DNA from: Haliotis rufescens
Lineage: Eukaryota
Direction: 5' to 3'
Length of the DNA: 64,000 bases
Assembly: GCF_023055435.1 (NCBI RefSeq)
Contig: NW_025963868.1
Location: 10,602,001-10,666,000 of the forward strand
Below the pieces are notes generated by a model. The model saw only the letters and a program-made list of their open reading frames with translations. It had not been told where the DNA came from and did no database searches. Of the stretch, positions 39,158 to 52,400 are shown piece by piece; positions within the stretch are counted from its first letter, which is position 1; each line of letters begins with the position of its first letter. A program made the position numbers and the translations under genes.

Positions 39158-39986
39158 TATGATTGGATGTGTGGGTTTTCCTCCTACATTAAGATGACAG
39201 GCGGCGATATAAGTTGAATACTGTTAAAAGCGCCCTCCAACCAAACTCACTCGCTCAGTTCAGTTAACATATCGTCTGGTTGGTCAAAAGGTCTTTAGCC
39301 ACAGAATTCACATCTTATTCTCTCTAAATGGTTTTGAGGATGTTTAATGATTAAATGTGGCAACATGTTCGTGACGACTGCTCATATGTACAAGAAAACA
39401 GCGTTATCACTACGCCCGTCATGGGGTACATTGGAAATTCGTTTTACAATATATATTCATATAGTAGTGAATAACATGGTAGTTAATGTTAACTATAAAA
39501 ACCGAATCCTATGTATCCTTAGGAAGAGATTGGCACTTTGGTGGCTTTATGTCATGAAGAGATGTGATGTTACTTTCCCCTGTGCAGACATGGATCAAGG
39601 GCCGTAACTGTGCATGCACAAAATCTAAAAACATGTAGCAGGGGATGTAACTCTGGATAAATAAAATAATTTCTGGCACCAATTTTCAAACTCAGTATTA
39701 ACAGTATTTCTCCGAAAAGCATGCAAACTTTTATTCATGTAACTTTAGTGGTTTCTGAGAAAAACTGTCCCAATTCCACGCAGTATGCATTCAGTTGAAA
39801 AGCATGGAGTCACGGACAAAACTCTGCAAATAAATAATTTTCGGTACGAATTTTCGAAATCAGCCTTGACTAGTATCTCTTATATAAGCATGCAAACTTT
39901 CATTCATGTGGCTTTAGTAGTTTCACACAGTATGTACTAACTTGCACAAGCACGGAGCAAGGGCCATAGTTCTGTAAGAAATGAAT

Positions 39987-40571
39987 TTATAACACCAATA
40001 CGATCGAGAAAATGTCAGTTTCCTTTAGATCAGAATTAAGAAACTTTGGTACCCAACGAGCAGATATCTTATTCATGTGTACATGTTCATAAATAATAGT
40101 TTCAAAGGATCCATGACTTAGACCTGTGTCGTCCTGAAATTCTGCAATGGTAATACGTCTGACAATCTGATAGTATAAAATTTCCTGTCTCATTGAAAGA
40201 ATCTTCGCTGATGGAAGTTAAAGGACGTCAAGACCTGGGGGTCGCCATCAAGGCTTCTTCTCCCAGCCTTAAAACGCAGCTGCCCAACGTTTAACACTGG
40301 GCATTTATCCCTATACACTTGTGACTTGCAGTCATGAATTTCTTTGGGAGTACTTTTCGCTAAAGCCCAAAACTTGATGACTGCTCGGTACTCGTTCTTT
40401 TCCATTTCTTTGACCATTTGGGTCCCCGCCACGTTCAACTGGCTGTCACTAATATACACACGGGCTTAACAGACCACATACACTTGCAATGAACTATTCA
40501 AACAATGTACCACATTGACTAGTTCACTTTGTTATGGCCCACAGTTAGAACCGTTGGACCAGTCCTCGTAT
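39987..40571 (-). mobile_element. mariner element, 5' half
   Basis: TIR tacgaggactggtccaac; MEKNEYRAVIKF...PKEIH...RFKAGRRSLDGDP; KISARWVPKFL. Confidence 0.8.
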
Positions 40572-41067
40572 ATTAGTTGTTCTAAAAGTTGTAAGCTATA
40601 AAATGATGCGTTAATGAATGAAGCATGTTGAAAAGGTTAAAAAGGAAATCGTCATACATCGGACACCACATGAAAGCCTCGACTGCCACAGCACTGTTCT
40701 TGCACAGTGGATATGTGCACTGATCAAGAGGCAGACTCTCTCATTACCCGGTTTCTAACCGAATGGGGGCAACATCGCATCGAGCTTTTTCTAAGGCGCT
40801 TTAAATCTCCCGGGCATTAGAACTGATACATAATTTTCAATGCCATATCTGCGTTTAAACTAGCTGTTAGGTTTTCCGACCACGAACCTGTTCATCAGCC
40901 AACGCTGATAAAGCATTATTAACAAACAAACACAAATATATTTTACATAGATTACATATTGTGTTATGCTGGACACAAAACTGGCGTACCTTACAGTTCC
41001 AGTTTTTAGATTTAGCTGACTGCTGACCTCCCGCCCAGAAGAATACAAGCTTATTCAATCTGGAGTT

Positions 41068-41160
41068 CATATTTACCCGTCTTCCCCACTGACCAAGCAC
41101 TCCATTGAGCAATGTTCAGTGGCTTCCAGTCGACATCTCAAATTGTTGCCTCATTTGGAG
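41068..41160 (-). pseudogene. Degenerate S1 exon remnant of a paralogous ionotropic receptor
   Basis: aatggagtgcttggtcagtggggaagacgg|gtaaat (NGVLGQWGRR) matches aatggaattgtggggcagctgaacagaacg|gtaaat (NGIVGQLNRT) of exon 53270-53183, including the donor site. Confidence 0.45.
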
Positions 41161-42422
41161 TATATTTCCCAACATAACGCGTACACCCGTTACTTTACTC
41201 TTTGCAATCAAGAGGCTAAATGCCCTGCTGACAGACTGAGCTTCCGCTTCATCAATAATACCGCAACCTAGAGGCCGAAGTAAGTATACTAAATGTCTTT
41301 TCAACAGTACTTTAAAACCAAATTACCAAAACTTAATGTCAACAGGAACGAGCAGCTGGTGGAAAACGTAAGTGCATAATCGTAGATTTATCAGCAGTTA
41401 CTAACATGTTGTAATCTACACAACATCAAATCATCACAGGGAAGCAAGAAAGATTTGAAAATCAGACTCTGTATCAGCTAAAAGAACTACATCCTCAGCA
41501 TATAATAAAATGCAAACAAAATCATCATTTACACGTACCCAATTCCTAAAGCTTTAATATGAAGTCCTGTCCAAGATTATTGACAAAAATATTTGATTGC
41601 TGTGGCGAAAAAACACCCCCCTTTTTGACACCACAATTCATTGAGAATCAGTCTGTTGTAAAGCCATTAAATTGTGCCTTGCAGCGTGGACCGTTGCTCC
41701 GTCACTGAATTGTCCGGTCCAGATTCGATTATTTACAGGCCGCCGTCATAGAGCTGGAATTTTGCTGAGTGTGGCATTAAACAACAAACTGTACAACCTT
41801 TATACCGTAATCGTAGGTTTTAGATGACTGCATAGATTACTTGCTTGGCAGGAATCTGCAATCAACCCTTTGCTACACTAGGGAAAGTGTTGCTGTCGTC
41901 TTGGTCGTCAGTCTGAGTGAGTGAGTGATTTAACGTTATATTTCGGCGTGTCAACTTGTGAGTGAGTGAGTATCATTTTACGCAGCTTTCAGCAATAGTG
42001 GCATGCAAACCTTTCGAAATGAAAGTACTTAACAAAAGCTCGAAATTTATATTTGGAACTTTTTTAAATGTTATAATTCAGTGAAGGTCTTACCCACAAC
42101 CACCCAGTGTGGCAGTGTGATCGTTTCCTTGTACCATTTCTGACAAACGGCAAGTTGAACATACATATACTCATGCCATCTCTCCTTTTGTGGAACTCTC
42201 TTATTCCACGATGCAGATGGTTGTTATATGGCTGTTAGTATGAACATGACGTCACACATACCACTTTAAATAAAATTGTGTATAGATCTAGTGCTACATT
42301 CTTCGAGGTAAAAAAAAAAGTGTTGTACAAAATATCAGAATTGACTTTCACTTTGTGTGAGTTCATTGGAGAATACCTTCATCGAGTGAGGGCAAAACAT
42401 TGTATGAACATAGTCGCAGTTT

Positions 42423-42672
42423 GGAGATCCGGGGTAGAGTAGGTCCTCAGCAACCAATGTTTGCTGTAAAAGGCGACTATGCTTGTCGTAAGAGCAGACA
42501 AACGGGATTGGGTGGTCAGACTCGCTGACTTGGTTGATGCATGTCATCGTATCCAAATTGTGTGGATCGATCCTCATGATGTTATTCACTGGATTGTCTT
42601 TTCCAGACTCGATTATTTACAGACCGCCGTCATATAGCTGGAATATTGCTGAGTGCGGCGTTAAACAAAAAA
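42423..42672 (+). mobile_element. SINE-like family B
   Basis: Family B sequence. Confidence 0.85.
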
Positions 42673-42819
42673 AACTACATTTAATGGTTGGTGTGATGAG
42701 ATGGTAGCTCACTTTGTCGCTAAAGAGAACGGGGGTCAAATTCGAAATTTTCATTTTGCAGCCAGCGTCACTTATAGAGGGTAAAACCACCTCGGTTCGG
42801 CCAGACATGCACGAATCCT

Positions 42820-43235
42820 TCGAGGCATGCTTCTGATTGGTCGACCAATGTCATCTTGATTCATGTTGTTCCACTCATCAGTGGAGTTCATTTGGAGTGG
42901 TGGGTGGATTTTGTCGTTGATGTACACATCTGCCTGTCACGTCCTAGACGTGTTAAGTGGGCTGACTGCTTACCATGGCCTGATATGAATGTTTTTCTGT
43001 TTCGACGAATTGGATCACAATCCAGGCACGACGAGCACGTGCATCATCATCCTTAATGATGAAACGTTGCCCAACACGTTGTGCAAATGGCACCACGAGT
43101 GGTACAATGATGTTGTCCTGATAGTATTGACCTGTGACTCTGTCATGGACAATATTCAGCGCAGTTCGGATGGTCATTGTGATACCATCCCATAACATTA
43201 TGGACCCAGCCCCTAAACTCCTCATGCCGTACGTC
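42820..43235 (-). mobile_element. Tc1 transposase fragment
   Basis: LGAGSIMLWDGIT...KDDDARARRA. Confidence 0.7.
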
Positions 43236-43468
43236 CATAAAATACAACCGTTGCGAATGCAAAAAAACGAAACACCATTTGAATAGTATTGTGTTTTTAT
43301 TGACGCCCACATGTACAGAGAATAATGAATTTTAAACATGGAGAAAACGTAAATGTACTCAATATTACTTCAAAGCTCTTTTATGTTTTAAACCATTGTA
43401 TCTATGAAACATAATATTTAATAAGGTTCTTTTCTTGCCTTTATCTTGATACTTATTCATAAGAAAAA

Positions 43469-46400
43469 TCACCTTTTTATGAAGTGTGCTAGTTTTTCCA
43501 GACACAGCACAATGATACTGAGCGCAGTCCCCGCACATGCGATAATAAAGCCACCTCCAATCTGGTTTACTGTAATTGACTTCAATATCCTGTTTTGTGG
43601 ACAATGTGTCTGGTTTCTCGTGACGCTCCATTTTTCCCACAATCGTTCCAGAAGGCCAGCCGCACTGATCTGAGACATTCTGTCAGGGGACAAAAAAGAT
43701 CTATAGAGTTTTGCCAAATTATAGATTTGCAATCCCCATATCATTCAAATGTACATGTAGGACTTATTTTTCTCTGTACACAATATCTTTTAATCGTCTT
43801 CCCCGAAATACATACAATACAGATACAGCACAAATATGTGTTTTCAGACACTTCAGATTAGCATTATATTGATTTGAAGTTTGTCGATAGTAATTTTCTC
43901 ATGCTAAAAATCATCTTGTATGTTTGTTTATAATGTTTTCTAACTTTGAAAAGGTTTCGGGAAGGTTCTATTATGACTTACATCCTTTCTAGGTCTGCTT
44001 TGAGGGGGGACCCTTTGGGCAATCCAAATGCTAGTTGTGTAAACATTAGTCTCTCTCCCAATAGCTCCAGTTGGCAGTCATCAGCCATGAGGTTGTGAAG
44101 CGATGATCTGTACTCCAAAATGGCATACTTCTCACGTCTCACTCGTTTCAGATGTATTTCCAACTCGTGTTCCAAGAACACTGGATCGTTGACATCTATC
44201 TTTGACCATAGCCTTCCGTACACACTTGATGTGTCATTTGTCTGAGATAAAATATAACGTAAAATACCAGTCCTAGGTAAAGATATTGAATAGTTGATTC
44301 TGTCTAATCTTGACAGAAATGGGAATCACACAGTGTTACAACAAGGGGAATCGAACCAGGGTATATGACGTGACAAGCGAACACTATTACCACTAGAATT
44401 CTAGATTGGTTTTGAAAAAATAATTATTTGTTTTAATGAAAACACGAACACAAACATATGTTCTCCTGACTTGTTGGATGTTATGAAAACAAAATGTGTT
44501 CTGAAAGGCATGTGTTTGCTTGGTTTGTTGATTAACGCCGCACTCAGCAATATTCCAGCTATATGACGGCGGTCTGTAAATAATCGAGTCTGGACCAGAC
44601 AATCCAGTGATTGATATCATGAGCATTGATCCACGCAATTGGGATCGATGACATGCATCAACGAAGTCAGCGAGCCTGACCACCCGATCCCGTTAGTCGC
44701 CTTTTATGACAAGCATAGTAGCCTTTTACGGCAAGCATGGGTTGCTGAAGACTTGGTGATCATGATTTTGTATGATGTGTTTCGTCCTACCCACGCGACG
44801 TTCATCATTCAGTGATTACTGTTGTGAGCTAATACACTGACACGCAATCAACAGGTCCAGCGACTGTCCAATCCAATAAGTAGCCTCGTTCGACCAACAT
44901 GGGTTGCAGGGGACCAATTATATCCCTGAATCCATATGGGGCCAAACGATTAATCTTAGTTAATTAGGAACAGTTAAGACGCCACTGTACAAATTTATAA
45001 AACAGATGCCTGGCATTTAGCACGTAAAATACCTTCAGAATAAGCCTGGTGATACCGAACGGTCTCAAGCCAAAAGAATAGTCACTATCCACGAACCCAT
45101 CTAGGTCAGCGAATGGTTTATCATCAGTCTGTGCAGACAGAGCGGCGACCAGGTTGGCACAGTAGAGTGTCGTCACTACCATCATCAACATCCACCACGA
45201 CGTCACCAATACTTTCCCAGGTAAAGCTACAGGATTCTTACTAAAACCTGCAAAATACAACAGTTACCGAAATAATGAATATTGTTTTAGGTTGTTTGAT
45301 CTTATTTGTTGACTGGCGGTATTATCCACCAAAACATGAAATGATATCGTATGTCTCAGTTTACTTCTGTCAAAACATTTTATTTTTCAACTCAGTACAT
45401 CACGATACCACAGGTCAAAGACATCCATAAGGCACTTGTTAGTAAACGTGGTGATCATTGATCTAATTACATATCCATCTTTAGAGATTCATGACATCAG
45501 GTTAAAAATGAAAATTTACTGAGAAAAATTTAAGTGAGTGAGTGAGTGAGTTGGGTTTAACGCCGCTTTTAACAGTATTCCAGTTATATCGCGGCGTGTC
45601 AGCTTAATGTGGGAGGAAAGCCCGAAGTGATGCAGGTCTTAGACGTTTACCACTTTGGTGAAACCCACGAGCACGGGTATGGTGCTGACAAACCTAGAAA
45701 CATAATCGGGGCGAACCGGGATTCGAACCCACAATCATAGGTTTCTGGCGTGTCAAGGGGACGCAACTCTGCACAGCGAATCGCGGCGCCTTGGACGACT
45801 GGGCCACCCGTGCCCCCGAAAATTTTAAGAGTTGGTGGTAGGCATACAGTAGTCATCCGCATGGGCACCAATTGTTCACCCGGTTTTGTTATCCTGTTTC
45901 TTTACGCACATGAATCGGAATTTCTGCACCGATTGGCAAAGTCATCACAAGGCAATTTGACCGAGAAGTTTAAAGTTTAAAACTTTGCGATGATCTGATA
46001 TCTTTAAATAATAATTAAAAAGCCGTTCCCTTCCACTGATTGACCTATCTGAACTAGACATGGAGGAGCAGTAAGACCGCTTCTTCTGTTTCAAATTTAG
46101 ATCTTGTGAAAAAGACGTTCCACAAGACTGTATGTTAAGAAGAATGAAGAATTTCCCTTTATATTCTACACATTAGGAAGAGAATGTATGGATGTCCACT
46201 GGAAGGTATGAATTCTCGTACTTAATTTGGTACGTTCTAAGGTTGATGTGTTTAAAAGCAATCCAGCATAAGTTACATTTCTTTTTAGGGATGTACTTTT
46301 GTACAAATGTAAACATGTTGACAGACAGATTTGCGAATATTCCCAGACAGTAGAAATGCACTTTTACTGGCATTCTATTTATTATTTATATCATATGTGT

Positions 46401-49400
46401 ATATATCATTAAGTAGACATTGCAGTCCGTCGGGTGAGCTGCTTAACCAAGTAGTAGAGTCTGCTAATAGGACACAAGCCACTCCCTGAATCAGCAAGTG
46501 AATACAACAAGTCTTTCATTATTTCAACAGTCCCTAGACACCGTAGGCCGGTAGACCAGCCAAGCCGTAGTCATGTTAAAATAGTATATAATATTATAAA
46601 CCTAACTGTCATATCATTGACTTATTAAATCTATGACATTTCTGAATGTCTGAAATATGTATTCCATTTCAATTTATGATTTTTTATCGATAAATTAAAA
46701 AAACTATTCACTATTTCCCGCCATGTTATTGAAACGAAAATTCATGGACACACACTTCGACAACGGGTCCACATCAAACATGTCAAAGAGCCAAATAATG
46801 ACGTTTCAAGCAAATCTTTAAATATATATTATACAAAGTAATAAATACAATCAACAAAAATATATCTGAAAGTTGTCAAACTAACATCTAAGTTATTATT
46901 ACTATCTTATCGTGCGATCGCGTGTAAAGTAAGTCAAATTACATCTCGGCTTTCGCCGCCTCGATTTCCCTTCTGATGTTTAATACTAAAACAAAGGCAT
47001 GAAATATCTTTATCACAGCTCGTAACCAAGCACAATACATCCACGAAATTCCATATTTTTAATTTTGATCGCCATTTCCTGCTTCAAACGTTCAAAATTA
47101 ACACGATTTAACAAAAATATTTCGTCAAATTCTGAAATTCATCATACACGAGGACTGTACCATAGCTGTAAATTGATTGGCTGCCTTAAGTCACGTGTTA
47201 AAATTTGACCAATCACGAACTTTGAAGCAGATTTCGGCAAGAAAGCGTCATTAGAAACCAACTTTATTCAATTAAATCGAATGTTACATTTTCGCGATGC
47301 CTCCAGGCCATGTTCCGAACGTGTAGATGAAAAACCAAGCTTTCTAGTGATGTGCCATATGGCAGTCTTCGATGAACGTGTTATTCATACGAAGCCTCGT
47401 CACGATATGGCTGAAATATTGGCGATGTGACGTAAAGCATTACCCACTCACTCACTCATGCGAAGCTTCGAAAACAGAGGTATTTATTTATGTTACTGAG
47501 AGGACAGCCGCTGTTATCGGGAAATAGGTGACGACAGATAATATTTATAAATTGTTAATTAAGTTGTAAATGCATTAATTATATAATGTGATAAACATAA
47601 CTTTCATATTTATCGACAATAGGATTACACCTTTCAAATGGTGTGTAACATGTGGTAGCAAAGATGTTTTACAAGCAGATATTTTCTTGGATAAATGTTG
47701 GCTTCATCTGCCACACAAGAGCCTCTGGGAACTCGGTGTCACAGCAGTAAACGATTCTGGTTGACTGGTGTTGAAAGAGTTAATATACAGTGTGAAAAAA
47801 CATGCCGAAAAAAACCGACCTTGACCAACACCTTGCTTAACATGAAACACATTTGAGGTAAAACATCCAATGCTTACACATGACTGCATTGAGATATATA
47901 TTGTGCATAAAAGTCGCCATTATTTTCCATTCATGTAAAAATTATACAATTTGCAAAATAGACCATTGAGCCAAAATCTTTCAAAAGCTTTCTCGTTGTC
48001 GAGGAAGGTCTTTCGTTATAATAAGCTAAGCTTTCCATTAATGTAAACAGGGCAGTTTCTGTCCCAGCCCCTCTCCTAAATACCAATTGAAAGGGATGGG
48101 GAAGCCTTCAGATTTGATTGCCCACACTTCAATTCTGTGCAGCAGGAGTCTTTCTGGCAGTTAACTTAAACAGGATTGAGGTAATGCCTCTGTAGCTGGA
48201 TGGGTCATGTTAACATTTACCATGGACGTTATGGTTATGTAAAATCTTTCCAACATTAAACAGTTTTGGTACATACTTATGAGAAACAATTTGGTTATAG
48301 AATGTAACAAGGTAATGAATAACAGATCTACCATATGTCTTTGATATGTTTATTAACTATGCCATCGTGACCAGGCGACTTTACGCTTTTTAGATGTTTA
48401 ATGGTTGTCAATAGCGTATCAGATGTGAAAGAGCATAGCAACATGGAACTAACGTCACTATTCCCTTGGTCATTACACGAATCATTCTCAATCTGTTCCA
48501 TGTGAATATAAACATACTTTTAATCAGTAAGATCTGAATCAAAATTGATATCATGATTTGGCACAAATCCTTGAAATATTTGGAAGACAGATTACAAATT
48601 CCTGCCTGAGTATTACAGGACTCTTCATTATACACAAGCGTCTGGCTTTGTTTCTTCTTTCTTTTATATTTCTTGGTAACTCTAAAATACTCTGTTATAT
48701 CAACCACAGCTGCTTCACATATTTCCTGAAACTGTTGGTCTTTAAGCTTTTATTTGGAATGACAATGTTGCTTTCTAAAGATTCATTTTGCTCTTTTATA
48801 CTCAATGTAATTTGAATCGTCTTTATCATGGGATTTATCATTGGATTCCTTACGACGTTGCCGCATTGTACGATGCAACTTATTTAATTATATTTTTTCC
48901 AATATGGTTTAAAATTACACTGGAATTTTGAAGGCGGTATGCTTAATTCAGCTGCAGCATGTAACTATTATAGGACAAAGTTGTGATAATTTGCAAAGTA
49001 TTCATGAGGAGATGCGTCAAACCCGGGAAGATCTGGGGTAGAATATGTCTTCAGCAACTTATGCTTGCAGTAAAAAGCGACTATGCTTGTCATAAGAGAC
49101 GACTAACGGGATCGGGTGGTCAGGATCGCTGTCTTGGTTGATACTTATCATTGTATCCCAATTGCGTGGAACGATGCTCATGATGGCAATTACTGGATTG
49201 TCTGGTCCAGTCTCGATTATTTACGGACCGCCGCCATATAGCTGGAATATTGCTGAGTGCGGCGTTAAACAACAAACAACATCATCGTCATCACTGAGCA
49301 TATCTAAAATAGTTTTCAGTTTCATATCGGTATAACATAAAGTCTACGTCATTAGCTTTAATATATTCACCGCCATAGTGATGTGGCTAGAAATCAGAAC

Positions 49401-52400
49401 TCAGAACATAGGAATATTGGACAATGGTCAGATACTGAGTTTTGAACTTCAGTATCTAATGTATAACCAACAACGTTACTAACATGTTGGAAATTAATGA
49501 ACACATAATAAATCATACGCGTTATAGTTTTACATTTGCTTGCTAAAAATAGCATTTTCATCAAGGTGTATATGTCACAAGTCCACAATTGTTCATCTTC
49601 ATTATTAATGTTCAACCTTATCAGCCTGGTACCACATTATTCGGTCGCCATTCACGCCAATTAACATTTTCAGGCCAGAAGCAGTCATCATCCAAGATGA
49701 TATCTGCACATTGCCGTGGAAGATTTATTCTAATGGTGTAGGTAGGATTGGGTCGCCCCTCCCAGTGTGTCATGAGTCCAACATTTGTGATAGTTACATC
49801 ATGATTCTTAGTCAGAGTCACGTATCGCATTTTTAACAAAGTCAAACGGTTCTTCAGCTCTAACACAGATTAAGAGGAATCTTTTGTTTCTATTTCTATA
49901 GACACCTGCAAAAGACTTTCCCACTGATTGTTAAATGTAATATTTCTTGACTTTACATTGCTTGCAGGTTCAGTTTCATCTTGTCTTTCAACGTCGATGT
50001 CATCATGCGTGACAATGAGCAGCTCGGGGGAAGCGTCGTCAGAGCTTGAGTCTTTCTGCCTGCATTGTCAGGAGTCTGAGGTCTGGGTTGGAGGCTTGGG
50101 AATAGACAAGAATCTGTACTCATGTCATCTACCCTATGAATGGATGGGGAGATTTGGGCTCCCTTCGTAACAGTCTCCGAATATATAAAAGTTTGTTTCT
50201 CGTGTTCATGCAATCTATTTTGCCATCAACAACGCGCACATTCTTGTCAATAGACAGCATTGTTCCTTTCACATTTCCTCAAAACTCAAGTAACTCAGTG
50301 TCTTTCTGTTTGAGTCGATTACGTAACTGAATCAGATCCGTCTTCATTGACTGTTCATTTGAACGAAGTGTCTGAATCACAACTGTACACCTTTTCACTT
50401 CATCGCTCTTTTCATCAAATGCGCTGATTAGCTGAAACAAATCTCTGTCAAATTTGTCTTGAAATTGATCCAATTGTCTGCGCACACTGGCAAACTTCTT
50501 GTTCACATTTTCATGCAAAAACATTAGTTTCGCTAATACACTTGACAATATGTCTTTGTCCTTTCTTATAGCTACCTCAGTAATATATGCCATACAAGCT
50601 TGCTGTCAGTCCGAATCACATGAGATGGAATAGCACCTTTAACAAACTTGTAAAGCAGATACACATCAGATGCATATTTCTTTGCTACACTTTTAGTTTG
50701 ACCACTTCTGTTGACTCTCTTTATCAAAATGCCCTCTGGAGAGTCTCCACATACTGATTTAGCTACATCATGGACAGATTCTCTGATATAGATGAGCTCA
50801 CAGTATCATCATTATCATGGGCCTCAACCAATTTCTGCTCACGAGTCATTTTCGCCAATAATCTCTTCAAATTGCTTCAATAAATTGTAGTCTTTGTTTT
50901 GAGTATGCTTGAGTAGAAGTACTTTGTCACATAGTCAGTATATAGGTGATAAGGCGAATTGTTTTACCTAATACTGAGATGTCCTATAGTCAATCATAAA
51001 TAGTCAAAATATCTGAGGGCAATACGTCACGAATCTCCTGGAATGATCACACAACCGGCTCGAGGAACTACAAAAATACGATCGTCCAGCACCATGTCCA
51101 AGCTGAACCTTATCTTGTCTCTGTGTGATTTTGTGATGGTTGCCACCGGTGCAACAGTACACGCTAGCCTTTCCGAGAACACCTGGTATCATCGCTATTT
51201 GATAGTGTTTGAAACATGCATATGATACAGTCGGACCACTTACATTTCTCTATATCTTTGATACTTAATTTGACTTTTCCTTCAGGTGATGGATATCGGA
51301 TTCGAACCACTTCAACAAACTTAGATGTCATCATTTGTCTTTGAAGTGTCAGCTTCACTGGTCCAGGAGTTTCAAATGAGATGGTATTTACAGTGCGAGG
51401 AAATGCATTTTGGTAGAACACAATAGTGCAAAGCTCTAATAAGATCCACGTTTAGCATCTCTCAAAACGGTACGTATGTGTTGAGCACTACCCTAACCAT
51501 ACATTTACCAGGTTTCATTTTGTTTTGAAGGAAAATAGCTGAGTTTTTACCATAAGACGCGTGAAGATTCCGGGTAGAATAGGTCTTCAGCAACACATGC
51601 TTGCTGTAAAAAAATGACTATGCTTGTCGTAGAAGGCGACTAACGGGACAGGGGGGTCATGCTCGCTGACTTGGTTTATGCATGTCATCGATCCCAATGG
51701 TATGGATCGATGCTCATGATATGAATCACTGGATTGTCTGGTCCAGACTCAATAATTTACAGACCGCCGTCGTATAGCTGTAATATTGCTGAGTGCGGCG
51801 TTAAACAACAAACCAACCAACCAACTATCAATAAGAGAAATATTCAGCTCTCAATATGGTTGAAGTGTGAAGGTTATCTTGCGTAACTTTACATTGCCTT
51901 TCAGTCCAGGTGAGCTAAAATGGGATTAACCTCATTATTTATGAATATATATTTGATTACTTGATCTTTGTTGTTACTGGTAAATAACACCTATAATCAA
52001 AGATATGTTCTGGCTGCTTTTGTTAAGAAACATAACATCACCATCACTGGGGATTTGATCTCTCATAAGCAAAAAAACATATTCAGCTTCTAAAAAGGAT
52101 ACATTCAAGCTAATACAATTACGCATTTTTCCTTTTAAAAGATAAAGTAAGATTCACGTTGTATTTTATTTAAACATAAAGAAAGCATATTTATCATTAA
52201 GGCCAAAGGTCATTTTGTACATACCCTGCCTGAACAAGGATCCAGTGACGTCCCAGCAAGCACGAAACAGATTCTTTTTCACTTTCATCAAATGACAAAG
52301 ACTCTCATCTTCAGGCTCTGCTTGTGTTTTGTGCAAGAAGATATCCACACTTTCGAACAGAGCCAGCAGCATTGGGCATAGTCCTGTCATCAGAAACAGA

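Noticed and set aside
38938-39217. AWRGV-repeat proteins
   Set aside because: Translations of a pentanucleotide microsatellite.
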